The translations under genes and the position numbers were made by a program. Of a stretch of 64,000 bases of DNA, positions 27,384 to 37,523 are shown in pieces. Each line of letters opens with the position of its first letter. The first letter of the stretch is position 1. Source of the DNA: a virus (taxonomy: Duplodnaviria; Heunggongvirae; Uroviricota; Caudoviricetes). The notes under the pieces were generated by a model that was not told the DNA's origin, did not search any database, and worked only from the letters and a program-made list of their open reading frames with translations. The stretch lies in the IMG/VR virus record IMGVR_UViG_3300028602_000006. One strand, given 5' to 3'.

Positions 27384-28553
27384 ATGGAAATAAAATCTTT
27401 GTTGGTCGATGAACCTCCGTCTATTATTGCTGATTCTGTAATGGAATCAGCAATAACTTTACCTATCCAAAACGAAATCAAACGAATTGAGCGATGGGAC
27501 AACTGGCAATGGCAAATGCAAAACCGCATTAGAACAGTTTCTCAATTAAACAAGCAGTTTCCTTACCTAAATACGAGTGGCATATATGATGCATCTGTGA
27601 AATTTCCGTTTGCAATTACTCCGTATTACGCATCTTTAATTAGGAATGCCGATTTGTCAGACCCCATATTTGCAATGAGTGTTCCTCAGGCGGAAGAACT
27701 ATTGAATCCATCTTATTTGAAAGAAGACCCGCTTGAAGAAGAAAAGTACATGCCTGTTCCGGGATTAGTCCATAGATACCCAGACAGAGCGTTGTTAATC
27801 ACAACATCGTCCTGCGCCATGTATTGCCGTCATTGTACTAGGAAAAGAGTTGCGGGTAAAAGAGATACTTGCGTTAATGAATCTCAGCTTAGTAAAATGA
27901 TAGATTATTTGAGGATTCACCCAGAAATCCATGATGTAATTATATCTGGAGGAGATCCGCTAACAATGTCCACTGGTAAATTGGAATCGATAATTAAACA
28001 AGTCAGATCTGTTGAGAGCGTTGATATTATCAGAATAGGAACTAGGACTCCTGTTGTCCTCCCAATGAGAATAACATCCGTATTGGTCAATATGTTGAAG
28101 AAATATCATCCAATATATATTAACACTCATTTCAATCACCCAAATGAATTAACTCCGCAGGCTCTTGAGGCCTGTTCAAAATTAGTAAATGCAGGTATTG
28201 TTCTCGGTAATCAGTCTGTTTTATTAAAGGGTGTTAATGACGACGCTACAACAATGGAAACCCTGCTCCGTGGGTTATTAAAAGCAAGAGTAAAACCATA
28301 TTATTTATTCCAATGTGACTTAATAAGCGGTACAGAGCATTTTAGAACCCCGATATCAAAGGGAATTGAAATTATGGAGTATCTAAGGGGAAGACTAAGC
28401 GGATTGGCTATCCCATCTTATATTGTTGATCTTCCCAATGGAGGGGGTAAAATTCCAGTCCTTCCTAGCTATATTGTGGCATTTAAAGATGAATATACCT
28501 TATTCAGGAACCCAGAGGGCGATTTGATCCGCTATCCTTGCCCCATCCACTAA
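27384..28553 (+). CDS. Lysine 2,3-aminomutase family radical SAM enzyme (KamA/EpmB-like)
   Basis: CAMYCRHCTRK (CxxxCxxC) and ISGGDPLT signature. 389 aa. Confidence 0.75.
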   Translation: MEIKSLLVDEPPSIIADSVMESAITLPIQNEIKRIERWDNWQWQMQNRIRTVSQLNKQFPYLNTSGIYDASVKFPFAITPYYASLIRNADLSDPIFAMSVPQAEELLNPSYLKEDPLEEEKYMPVPGLVHRYPDRALLITTSSCAMYCRHCTRKRVAGKRDTCVNESQLSKMIDYLRIHPEIHDVIISGGDPLTMSTGKLESIIKQVRSVESVDIIRIGTRTPVVLPMRITSVLVNMLKKYHPIYINTHFNHPNELTPQALEACSKLVNAGIVLGNQSVLLKGVNDDATTMETLLRGLLKARVKPYYLFQCDLISGTEHFRTPISKGIEIMEYLRGRLSGLAIPSYIVDLPNGGGKIPVLPSYIVAFKDEYTLFRNPEGDLIRYPCPIH

Positions 28554-28573
28554 CTAAAAAGTCTTATTTTATT

Positions 28574-28597
28574 CTTGCATTATCATGGCATATATAG
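28574..28597 (+). promoter_or_regulatory. Promoter-like TTGCAT-N12-TATAGT
   Basis: Same N12 spacing as the TTGACT-N12-TATGA(G/T) family. Lies upstream of 28610. Confidence 0.3.
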
Positions 28598-28609
28598 TAA
28601 TATATTACC

Positions 28610-28867
28610 ATGAAGATAGAAGAAAAATTATGGCGGACTTTAATCAGGGTAGAACGATATGACAGCAAGAATATCTACGTGGTAATTCCGGGATATAACG
28701 TTAATGAAGAAATTACAATACCAAAATCAATAATTCCCGAAGATGTCTTAGTGGTTATTGAAACTGAAATTGACGAAGAAGAAATTTATCGTTTTCATGT
28801 ACAATGCAATATCGGGGCAAAAAGCAAAGAAGACTTGATTTTTGCTCCTCCTTGGGAATGCGAATGA
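28610..28867 (+). CDS. Hypothetical protein
   Basis: Stop overlaps the GNAT start (ATGA). Confidence 0.35.
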   Translation: MKIEEKLWRTLIRVERYDSKNIYVVIPGYNVNEEITIPKSIIPEDVLVVIETEIDEEEIYRFHVQCNIGAKSKEDLIFAPPWECE

Positions 28868-29304
28868 AAGACTTTGCCATAGAACACTACTCGGATCAGT
28901 GTAAGATTGACGATTTATGGGATTTCATAGAAGATAACCTATCGCTAAAAGGATTCCCAAGCCCTGCGTTCTGGATTACTAAACGGGCATTAGAACTGCG
29001 AAGAAAAAATAATGAGATTTTGCTTGCAATGATCGATAATAAAATGATAGGATGTATTGTATTAAATAGAAGCCTTATTGAAATCTTATGCATTAAAAGG
29101 AGATACAGAAAGCGTGGAATAGGTAATAAGCTAGTAAGATATGCGGAAGAATTACTTAAAAAAGACGCTAGAAGGAAATACTTAAGAGTTGATAGCTTTA
29201 AACCTTTTAAAGCTAAAAACTTTTATGATAAGATGGGGTTCGAAACATATAATCAAAGCGAATACTGCGATACATGGCACTTTAGGAGAAAACTAAATGA
29301 ATGA
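28858..29304 (+). CDS. GNAT-family N-acetyltransferase
   Basis: Acetyl-CoA motif A CIKRRYRKRGIGNKLVRYAEELL (R/Q-x-x-G-x-G/A). Start at 28858 or 28864 assumed rather than 28804. Confidence 0.6.
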   Translation: MRMKDFAIEHYSDQCKIDDLWDFIEDNLSLKGFPSPAFWITKRALELRRKNNEILLAMIDNKMIGCIVLNRSLIEILCIKRRYRKRGIGNKLVRYAEELLKKDARRKYLRVDSFKPFKAKNFYDKMGFETYNQSEYCDTWHFRRKLNE

Positions 29305-29617
29305 CGGAAGCATAGCTGGTCAAATTATATTGAGTATTGTTTTTGCGATACTATTGGTTGTTTCATATAATAAATCCACCAAAGCAGATCAAGCTGTTTA
29401 TGATCGCTATGAGGCGCTTAGTTCAGGAACGGTAGAGCGTGAAGATACCCCTTATAAAGACTCGGTTGTTAATCGTTACGAGGGGCAACGTGAATTTTGG
29501 GGCGGAATGATGTTCGCCAGTATAATGATTTTATGCCTCGTTTGCCCTATCTTCCGCTATCTTATATTTTCCATCCTCGGAGTGGCATTATTGGGAATGT
29601 TTGGGAGTAAGGATTAA
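29297..29617 (+). CDS. Membrane protein, hypothetical
   Basis: Three TM helices. Confidence 0.35.
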   Translation: MNDGSIAGQIILSIVFAILLVVSYNKSTKADQAVYDRYEALSSGTVEREDTPYKDSVVNRYEGQREFWGGMMFASIMILCLVCPIFRYLIFSILGVALLGMFGSKD

Positions 29618-29640
29618 CCATACTTTTCTCTTGCTTTTTA

Positions 29641-30165
29641 TTGGGTAATACTTATAATTTTGACATGAATATTTTTGCTACAGATAAATGTCCGGTAGAG
29701 TCTGCGAAGGCTCTTCCGAATATTTTGGTTAATAAAATGATTGTAGAATCCGCTCAATTGCTTAGCACTGCTCACTATGTATTGGATAAAAACATGAAGG
29801 GATACAAAGCCACTCATATAAATCATCCATGCGCTAAATGGTGTAGGGAATCGAAAGGCAATTATGATTGGCTATTCAATCATTTCGATGCTCTCTGCGA
29901 CGAATATGAGGCTCGAAATGGTAAAACTCATAAATCGAGCGAGCTAAAAGATATATTGTCTGTATGCCCATCTTCCATAGCACAAAAAGGCGTTACAGAA
30001 TTTGCGAAAGCAATGCCTGACACTTTTAAGGAGAAAGGCTCTGCAATAGATTGTTATATTGCTTACTTAATATCAAAATTTGAAGGATGGGAAACTAGAA
30101 CGGATAAAAGGAAAATAACGCCAAGCTGGGGATGTCGCAACGCTCCTAAGTGGCTCAGGAGGTAA
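29641..30165 (+). CDS. Hypothetical protein
   Basis: No motif recognised. Confidence 0.35.
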   Translation: MGNTYNFDMNIFATDKCPVESAKALPNILVNKMIVESAQLLSTAHYVLDKNMKGYKATHINHPCAKWCRESKGNYDWLFNHFDALCDEYEARNGKTHKSSELKDILSVCPSSIAQKGVTEFAKAMPDTFKEKGSAIDCYIAYLISKFEGWETRTDKRKITPSWGCRNAPKWLRR

Positions 30166-30166
30166 C

Positions 30167-30907
30167 ATGGCAACTTTTTGGTTTATTAGACATGGGGAAT
30201 CTACAGCGCAGGCCAAGCCCGATGTAATAGGTGGTAGATCTCCGGACGCCGAAATAACCACCGTAGGTGCTTCGCAAGCTAGGGCGTTGGGATACTGCTT
30301 GGGGAAGGATAAAACACTTATTGGTGGATTTGATGACCTATGGAGATCAACGCTTATTCGAGCCAAGCAAACTTGTGATCTTATGATGGCAGAGATGGGA
30401 AGTTCATGCGAGCGCCCCATGAATACCCCGTCACCAATAGTAGATTCACGTCTAATTGAACTTGATCAAGGTAAATGGCAAGGGGAAGATAGAAAAAGTG
30501 TATATACTCCGCATATGATCCAACTGATAGAATCGAATACGTTGCATTTTTGCGCTCCGGGAGGAGAATCACAATTTCAAGTAACAGAGAGAATGCTTTC
30601 TTGGTTATATGATGCTTTACGCTTGGCTAGAACCAATCGAACTTTAAGAGAATCAATAATGCCATCGTTACGCAGTTTAAATGAATCTGATTACAATATA
30701 GCAGTCGTAGGACATGGATATGCGATTAGATGTTTATTGTGCAATCTATTTGATATACCAAACCGACAGGCCTTTCATATTAAGATCGATAACTGCTCAA
30801 TTACGAAAGTAAGAATATGGAGTGACGATTTCGACCATTTGGAAAATAATCTAAAATGTAATTTGGATTGCCTAAATTTTGTGTACCCTGATGTTAAATA
30901 TGCTTGA
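30167..30907 (+). CDS. Histidine phosphatase (phosphoglycerate mutase-like superfamily)
   Basis: N-terminal RHGE motif FWFIRHGESTAQ. Second His context VVGHGYAIR. Confidence 0.6.
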   Translation: MATFWFIRHGESTAQAKPDVIGGRSPDAEITTVGASQARALGYCLGKDKTLIGGFDDLWRSTLIRAKQTCDLMMAEMGSSCERPMNTPSPIVDSRLIELDQGKWQGEDRKSVYTPHMIQLIESNTLHFCAPGGESQFQVTERMLSWLYDALRLARTNRTLRESIMPSLRSLNESDYNIAVVGHGYAIRCLLCNLFDIPNRQAFHIKIDNCSITKVRIWSDDFDHLENNLKCNLDCLNFVYPDVKYA

Positions 30908-30931
30908 CAATGTATTTATTTACGATATACT
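30904..30931 (+). promoter_or_regulatory. Sigma70-like promoter (TTGACA-16-TATACT)
   Basis: TTGACA at 30904 and TATACT at 30926. Lies upstream of 30943. Confidence 0.45.
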
Positions 30932-30942
30932 CTTTGTAAATA

Positions 30943-31281
30943 ATGAAGGGAAGTATTATGGAACTAAAAATACCAGAAATGAGAAAAGAAGGTGGAGTAA
31001 CAATTTATTCTTTGCATAATGCGAAACTGTTAATAAATAAGTTTGGCAAACCTGATCGGGTTATTCTTAACTATGTTGTTGATCCATGGGATTATGTTTG
31101 TATAGCTGAATGGGGAAATGATTCATTTACATTTTCAGGATTTTCGTGGGGGTATTATGGTGAAGGATCTCGTGGTCTTGCTGAATTCCTTAATCTCTGT
31201 AGGCCTAAAACAGATACAGATACATGGTTTAAAAAAGTAACATCGCTAGAGAGAGAAATTAACGATTATAAAATCATATAA
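30943..31281 (+). CDS. Hypothetical protein
   Basis: SD GAAGGGAAGTATTATG. Confidence 0.4.
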   Translation: MKGSIMELKIPEMRKEGGVTIYSLHNAKLLINKFGKPDRVILNYVVDPWDYVCIAEWGNDSFTFSGFSWGYYGEGSRGLAEFLNLCRPKTDTDTWFKKVTSLEREINDYKII

Positions 31282-31583
31282 CTAATGAAATGATGGATGC
31301 ATGGGTAAATTACAAAGGGGAATGAAATGACTGATCGAATAAAGGGATTGACCGTAACAATAGAAAATATGCGAGAAGATGATGCTGAAAATATAATTAA
31401 CGCCGTCAGAATGATAAAAGGTGTTGTTGACGTAAATGCGCATGTTGCCGATATGGATCACTACATGGCCGTTGAAACAGTAAGGCATCAAATGCGAATG
31501 CAGATATTGGATATTATTATTCGTCCAAATGATGATTCGGGAAAGAAGACCGTTTAAATAACTAAAAAGAAAGGTAATGTCAA

Positions 31584-32366
31584 ATGAGTAATTCAATAGA
31601 TCAGGTAATTCGGGATGTAATTGATAAATTTGTGTCGGACGGTTTCATGTTTACCGCTTTCGATGTAACTCGTACCGTCAGGGAAGAAGTTGGGAAGAGC
31701 ACCTCTGTTTCTCATAATGATGTTAAAGTAATTATTCAGAATGCTTTTAATAATGGTGAGCTGGGCCAGTATGTACGTGATTTGATTAACGTAGGAACTA
31801 AAGTAGAGCCTTTTGTCTATTATCATCCATATAGCGATATAGTAAATTATGATCCCAAATGGATTCTAAATGATCCTAAACAGGACAATATGAAGGCCGA
31901 TTTATCCAAAGTGCCGTCAACTCCTGTAAACCCTGTTACTCCGTCCACTTCTGGCGGTTATCAGCCTCCAATACTTGATCTTGATGAAGACGATACTACT
32001 CCTGTTTCTGCGGCACCATCATCCACAGCAGGATCGCTTGCCATTTCAAATGCCATTCAACCCAAAAATAATCTCGGCAAGAACCAGCACCGATTGACGA
32101 GAGAAGGGCGTTTGCAAATTCCTATAAACATTGTTCGAGAGGCTGGATTTCAGGTCAACCAGAATACTTCTGTTATTAATGACAATGGAAAATTAACTAT
32201 TATGGGACAAGCAATCCCCGCAGTGAATTCAGAAATTGTCAGGGTTAATAAAGATGGCCGCATTAGAATATGCCACTCCATCTTAAAGTCAATCACTAGT
32301 AATCCCAAGAATGAAGTGTTTAAAGTTGAACGAAATAACGGAGAAATTATTATTGAAACTGTTTAA
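31584..32366 (+). CDS. Hypothetical protein with two C-terminal AbrB/SpoVT-like swapped-hairpin motifs
   Basis: GRLQIPINIVREAGF and DGRIRICHSILKSI resemble AbrB/MazE-type motifs. Low-complexity Pro/Ser/Thr linker in the middle. Confidence 0.35.
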   Translation: MSNSIDQVIRDVIDKFVSDGFMFTAFDVTRTVREEVGKSTSVSHNDVKVIIQNAFNNGELGQYVRDLINVGTKVEPFVYYHPYSDIVNYDPKWILNDPKQDNMKADLSKVPSTPVNPVTPSTSGGYQPPILDLDEDDTTPVSAAPSSTAGSLAISNAIQPKNNLGKNQHRLTREGRLQIPINIVREAGFQVNQNTSVINDNGKLTIMGQAIPAVNSEIVRVNKDGRIRICHSILKSITSNPKNEVFKVERNNGEIIIETV

Positions 32367-32384
32367 ATGGATTTGATAGATTGA

Positions 32385-32433
32385 CGAAAAAGTCCCTTGG
32401 AGAATTGTATAATGATCCAAGGGACTTTTTTCA
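32385..32433. terminator. Bidirectional rho-independent terminator
   Basis: AAAAAGTCCCTTGG-loop-CCAAGGGACTTTTTTC. Perfect 11-bp stem with an A-run and a T-run. Confidence 0.7.
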
Positions 32434-32455
32434 GACGGAAAGCGAGAAATAAGAA

Positions 32456-33028
32456 ATGAATGAAACAAACAGAGATATTTTGAAAAACCATTTTAGTCGT
32501 ATTGATTTTGACCCTAGGTTTAAATCAGATAACATTATTTATTGGTTTGACGGAACAGAATACTCATTCTTGAGCAATTTTCATATGCACCCCATAAAAT
32601 ATAATGGGAAAGTTTATGCATCAACGGAACACGCCTTTCAAGCCGCAAAAACCCTCGATGATATGTGGAAAGAAGCTATCCGTATTACAAAAACTCCCGG
32701 AGAAGCTAAGAGAAAGGGAGGTTTATGCCCCTTGAGACCCGATTGGGAGGAAGTAAAAAATTCAGTCATGGCCGAAGTATTGGAAATAAAGTTTCAAGGC
32801 CCTTATCTACAAGACGCATTACTTAACACCTATCCGAATTATCTTGTTGAAGGTACGCTATGGCATGATAACTGGTGGGGGATTTGCCTATTGAAAGATT
32901 GCAAGAAATGTGAAGATAAGAAGGCGTTAAACATGTTAGGAATTCTTTTAATGGAATTGAGAGAAAAAATACTAACAAGACGATTACAGGAAGAGGTTGA
33001 TCTAGTTAGGGGCATTGAAGGTAATTAA
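32456..33028 (+). CDS. NADAR (YbiA-like, DUF1768) domain protein
   Basis: YWFDGTEYSFLSNFHMHPI...ASTEHAFQAAKT...WHDNWWG are hallmark NADAR blocks. Confidence 0.7.
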   Translation: MNETNRDILKNHFSRIDFDPRFKSDNIIYWFDGTEYSFLSNFHMHPIKYNGKVYASTEHAFQAAKTLDDMWKEAIRITKTPGEAKRKGGLCPLRPDWEEVKNSVMAEVLEIKFQGPYLQDALLNTYPNYLVEGTLWHDNWWGICLLKDCKKCEDKKALNMLGILLMELREKILTRRLQEEVDLVRGIEGN

Positions 33029-33508
33029 ATGGGAATGACTGAACAACAGAAGAAACGGTGGAGAGAATATAAACATCGTGATTATAAGCGATCTCGCATC
33101 TTCCAAAAAATGAAAGAGTGCAAAGATGAAATAATTAAACTCCACAAAGACAATGAAATAATTTATGAGGATAGGGTTTATAGATTCTACCATGCTTCTT
33201 TTAAGATTTTTTGGCTGCAAAACCAAATCGAAGATATCTTAAAATTGCTCAAGAAATTAAACCCGCATCGTCCATACAAATTTGACGAATGGTTCCTTAA
33301 AATCATAAAAGAAGCTCAGGATAAAGGTCAATTTAACATAGATTATAATGAAGATTTTAGCGCCCATGCAAGGCCAGTCTTGGAAGCTTATCTACATTGT
33401 AAGTATTTTCTTGATATGTTAAGGGAATGTATTAAAATAAAACAAGAACCAAAATCCTGCATAACTTCGGGATGGGCAGCGATATTAGAACTATATAACT
33501 TAAGGTAA
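33029..33508 (+). CDS. Hypothetical protein
   Basis: ATG follows the previous stop directly. No motif. Confidence 0.35.
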   Translation: MGMTEQQKKRWREYKHRDYKRSRIFQKMKECKDEIIKLHKDNEIIYEDRVYRFYHASFKIFWLQNQIEDILKLLKKLNPHRPYKFDEWFLKIIKEAQDKGQFNIDYNEDFSAHARPVLEAYLHCKYFLDMLRECIKIKQEPKSCITSGWAAILELYNLR

Positions 33509-33511
33509 AAT

Positions 33512-33964
33512 ATGACAGATAAAAGCAAAAATCAATTGATAATATTCATAACTCTATTCTTCACACTTGTGGCATCATTTTTATATCAAAAGTATAGCGG
33601 AGATCCTAACGGAGAATTAATAAGTAATATATTGGGGGGAAATGAAACATTATCCAACATGGTAAGCGTTGTATGGGATGAAAGTGATGTTAAAGATGTT
33701 AACCCATCAAATGTGATCTTGGAACTTGAATATGGGAAAATTATTGAAGCAGGAGTCTACAGTAATGATCTTGGAATAGCAACACGGTATATTTATTTCC
33801 CTAATTGGCCTTTCCCCTCAAATCAAGTGGTCGAATGCAGTAAATTATCTCTCAAGGATTCTATTACTGGTAAGGACTTAACCAATGTTATCTCATTTGT
33901 TTTAACTCCGTCTAATAAATCGTTAGAAGTACTCATTGTTCCTTATGACGGGAAATTATTTTAA
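33512..33964 (+). CDS. Hypothetical membrane-anchored protein
   Basis: N-terminal TM (LIIFITLFFTLVASFLY). Confidence 0.35.
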   Translation: MTDKSKNQLIIFITLFFTLVASFLYQKYSGDPNGELISNILGGNETLSNMVSVVWDESDVKDVNPSNVILELEYGKIIEAGVYSNDLGIATRYIYFPNWPFPSNQVVECSKLSLKDSITGKDLTNVISFVLTPSNKSLEVLIVPYDGKLF

Positions 33965-33975
33965 AGGAGGATATT

Positions 33976-34410
33976 ATGGAAACAATAGAATTCAGAGTTT
34001 GGAGTAGGCCTCTTAAACGATGGTTGACAGATTCGGACGGGAGTCTTCATTGTCGCAGTAATTGGATGATGGATATCTTTACCGGAGAAATTGTTGATTG
34101 GGTGAATAGTAGAGGCGGCGAAGAAGAATATTACTCGCCAGAAAGAGAGCGTATATATGCTGAGAATAGTTCGGGAAAAATAAGTACATTTATAAAGCAA
34201 ATGTATACTGGGATTGATGACAAAAATGACCAAAAAATATATGATGGGGATATCGTTGACTTTAATGGCACTAAGGTATTGATAGAATGGAATGCTTCCG
34301 AAGGTTGTTTTTGGGGCGGTTGCAATAAGCAACGGCACATCTTGCAGTATTGGGACATGTTGAGGGTTATCGGGAATATAATTGAAAACCCCAATTTGTT
34401 AGAAAGTTAA
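33976..34410 (+). CDS. Hypothetical protein
   Basis: SD AAAGGAGGATATTATG. Confidence 0.4.
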   Translation: METIEFRVWSRPLKRWLTDSDGSLHCRSNWMMDIFTGEIVDWVNSRGGEEEYYSPERERIYAENSSGKISTFIKQMYTGIDDKNDQKIYDGDIVDFNGTKVLIEWNASEGCFWGGCNKQRHILQYWDMLRVIGNIIENPNLLES

Positions 34411-34651
34411 AACATATGCTCACGAATGAACAAATAGTTAAAGCAGATCAGTGGAGGATTTTGCATGCCGAGCATGTTACGGAGCTATTAAAAGAAAATG
34501 ATCCTTCATATCCTCCAAACAAAGAAGACGCTTCGCATCCAGAGTTATGGAAGGCTGGCCACTGGAAGTGGTTTCTAATAAACGCATAAAGCGAAAATCA
34601 ATTTTAAATTTTTAAAAATTGTGAAAATATTATATTTTGGAGTTATAAATA

Positions 34652-35149
34652 ATGGTTGAAAAATTTAATAAGAAAGAACTGGATCTTCCTTGGGCTAAAT
34701 CAGAAGAAATTGACCGTCATATATATTCAGAGAAATACGGACTTGTAATCCATTGTTGTCACAGAAATTTTAGTGATTTTATTTTAGAAGCGGTAAATAA
34801 CTATCATGATTTAATGGCTCTTAAAGAAGAGTATGAGAGTGCAAAAGAATTCGTTCTAGATGATAAGTGTTCTGAATCGGAACAACATTGCGGATGCGTA
34901 TCGGTATTAAGACCGGAGACAAAAAAGCTGGAAAAAGAAAATAAGGATTTAAAGGACAGGGTTAAAAATCTTTTGAAATTTCGAATCAGCGTTTCTGACG
35001 AATACAGAAAGAAAGCGCAAAGATGTTTTAATGAAGAATGTCCTCATTATAACGTTAATATACCTACTTTTTGCGACTCTTTAAGCATTAAACAAATGAG
35101 AAAATGTACTAAACTTAGGGCTGAAGAATCTGAGGTAGATAATGGGTGA
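34652..35149 (+). CDS. Cys-rich hypothetical protein
   Basis: CCHRN...CSESEQHCGC...CFNEECPHY. Confidence 0.35.
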   Translation: MVEKFNKKELDLPWAKSEEIDRHIYSEKYGLVIHCCHRNFSDFILEAVNNYHDLMALKEEYESAKEFVLDDKCSESEQHCGCVSVLRPETKKLEKENKDLKDRVKNLLKFRISVSDEYRKKAQRCFNEECPHYNVNIPTFCDSLSIKQMRKCTKLRAEESEVDNG

Positions 35150-35336
35150 GGACAAAAATAAAGATAACTGTTTAATCGGTAATCATTTCATAGGAATCGC
35201 AAGTGATGGGTTCGATCTTCATGATTTTGTTCATACATACGATGACCTAAACGAAATATATAAGCTGGGGATGAAAATGACTTGTAAATTCAAATTCTGC
35301 CCACATTGCGGAATAATAGTGAACGGAGGAGAATAA

Positions 35337-35699
35337 ATGAAATCGGGATGCGGGTTTAATGAGGCGCAAACAGATAATGAAAAGCTTTGGAGATCAGAAT
35401 GGGAACAAATCTCTAAAATTGCAAAAGAATTACAAGAAGAAAATGATCGTCTAAAGATTCTTTTGAAGATAGCAATATGCCCGAATTGTGATGGAAGCGG
35501 CGCTATCCCAGTTCAAACTTGCGCTCGCCAATATGTTACACATGATATGGCGATGGATGCTTGTTGTCCCGAAATGGAAGGAAGTTTATACTGTGATGAT
35601 GAATGGGAAGCAACGCAATGTCAATGGTGTTACGAAAAAGATGAAATATTAAAGACAACTGAAGATAAGAAAATTAAGGAGGATGATCTCCCCTTTTAA
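35337..35699 (+). CDS. Cys-rich hypothetical protein
   Basis: CPNCDGSG...CCPEMEGSLYCDDEWEATQCQWC. Confidence 0.35.
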   Translation: MKSGCGFNEAQTDNEKLWRSEWEQISKIAKELQEENDRLKILLKIAICPNCDGSGAIPVQTCARQYVTHDMAMDACCPEMEGSLYCDDEWEATQCQWCYEKDEILKTTEDKKIKEDDLPF

Positions 35700-35900
35700 T
35701 ACTAAATTAAAGGAGGCGAATAATGATTATTGAAAGTGATGAAGTTATATACTCTCTTCAAGATCCACCCGATAAGGATGAACAAATAACTGTTAGAGCA
35801 ATACGTTCTGCATATTCGGATGAATGGATTATTTTTACAGAGAATGACTATGGTGAATTAGATATTAGTTTAATAAGTGAAGCAGAGTTGGTAGAGCAAA

Positions 35901-36197
35901 ATGGCGAAATACCAAAAGACTGATTTTGTCTGTCCGATTTGCGAAAGAAAAGTTCCCGAAGGACTTATAGAGAAACATCATCTCATTCCTAAATGCAAAA
36001 AGGGAAGAGTGACCATAATGTTATGCGTGAATTGTGGAGATATCATACATAAGTTAATACCGCTAAATGAGTTAAAGAATAAGTATAATTCGATAGAAAG
36101 TCTGAAGTCGCATTCGTCTATTAAGAAATGGGCGGCATGGATTAAGAAGCGAAATGATTTTTCAGTTTGCATGGCGAGAAAGAAAAGAAAGAAGTAA
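35901..36197 (+). CDS. Small HNH nuclease-family protein
   Basis: CPICERK...EKHHLIPKCKKG...LCVNCGDIIH (HNH His-Asn-His with flanking Cys pairs). Confidence 0.55.
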   Translation: MAKYQKTDFVCPICERKVPEGLIEKHHLIPKCKKGRVTIMLCVNCGDIIHKLIPLNELKNKYNSIESLKSHSSIKKWAAWIKKRNDFSVCMARKKRKK

Positions 36198-36226
36198 TTT
36201 AGGATAAATAGAAGAAGGAAAGAAAA

Positions 36227-36544
36227 ATGAAATCAGATATGATAGATATTATTCAAGAACTGGTACACCTCTGTCCTGAGACAAACCCCAATTTCAGAGC
36301 TTTAATACTACTTGGAGAAGAATTTAGGAAACATGATCTTCCCATAAAGTATATCGGGAAAATAAAAATAGATGTTGATGAGAATTTTTTCGAAGATAAA
36401 CCTCAAGTTGAAGAATTCATGCGTATAATGGGAGAAGTTATTTCAAAAATTTATAAGGCTATTGTAGATGAATTCGGGGAAGAAGACGCAAAATATATTT
36501 TTTCTGATATGATGGAAGATTTCTCCATTATTCACAAACTCTGA
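36227..36544 (+). CDS. Hypothetical acidic protein
   Basis: SD GAAGGAAAGAAAAATG. Confidence 0.4.
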   Translation: MKSDMIDIIQELVHLCPETNPNFRALILLGEEFRKHDLPIKYIGKIKIDVDENFFEDKPQVEEFMRIMGEVISKIYKAIVDEFGEEDAKYIFSDMMEDFSIIHKL

Positions 36545-36548
36545 TTTG

Positions 36549-36577
36549 ATCGAAATCAAAAAAATATGTATAATAAT
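36549..36577 (+). promoter_or_regulatory. Extended -10 promoter (TTGATC-15-TGTATAAT)
   Basis: TTGATC...TG-TATAAT with 17-nt overall spacing. No SD-led ORF for about 170 nt downstream. Confidence 0.45.
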
Positions 36578-36980
36578 TAGAAATGAGTATTCCATTTTTA
36601 AATCTTACGCTAAAAATACAGCGAATTTTGCGCTCACTTGCCGGCGCTGCTATAAACACTTTTGTCTACCTTACGTATTTTAAACAAATTCGAGAGGAAG
36701 TTATTAGACCATTAGGAAAAGAAAACAGTCCAACCCAAAAGGCAAGCGGATATGAATACAGAACAAACTTTAGAAGATCTTATTGTTAAGGCGAAAGAAT
36801 GCGATTTGTTTTATAAAGATCCTCCCGCACCTGAAACATGCGAGTTTCTATCTTGCGAAAATCCTGCCGTCTTGTACCTAGAACGATTTCATGTCTGCGT
36901 TGCCCATGGATTTAGATTAATTCAATGCTTGACAGAAAAGCCATTAAATGATACTGTAGATCAGAATAGTAATAATATAA

Positions 36981-37439
36981 ATGATTGCAACCATAAAGAA
37001 TAATATTATGAATGAAACAAGTTCATTTTTTACGCAGTATCTTAACGAAACCGTCGATAAAGCGGGTACGCCATTTTCGACATTGAATTGGCTAAAACAT
37101 CTTGATACCGACAGCTTAGAGATGTTATGCGGATATATTGACAATTTCGATGAAAGAACCCCAATGGAAAAAGTCGATGAAAATGAGGCCAAGGATATGT
37201 TCCAGCTCGTTCATCAACTAATTATTCTCGAAACAGATAAGAAAGAATGGGAATCTGACTATCCCGACGATATTTCCGCTCTGCAAGCTTTATCTGGGTT
37301 GATCGTGATGGAAGGTATGCGAAGAAAGGGGATTATAGAAATTAAAGGCGATGGACTTATTACGAAAAAGAATACTTTCTCAAAGCTTACTAAACTTGGG
37401 GCAGAAGTTCAAAAAGAATTGAAGGCAAAATCACATTGA
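36981..37439 (+). CDS. Hypothetical protein
   Basis: No motif. Confidence 0.35.
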   Translation: MIATIKNNIMNETSSFFTQYLNETVDKAGTPFSTLNWLKHLDTDSLEMLCGYIDNFDERTPMEKVDENEAKDMFQLVHQLIILETDKKEWESDYPDDISALQALSGLIVMEGMRRKGIIEIKGDGLITKKNTFSKLTKLGAEVQKELKAKSH

Positions 37440-37523
37440 TTAAAACATTGACAAATAAAGCTTTATATTGTCTGATCATACGATAATATATTGCTTGAAT
37501 GATAGAAATAGAGGAGAGAAAAA

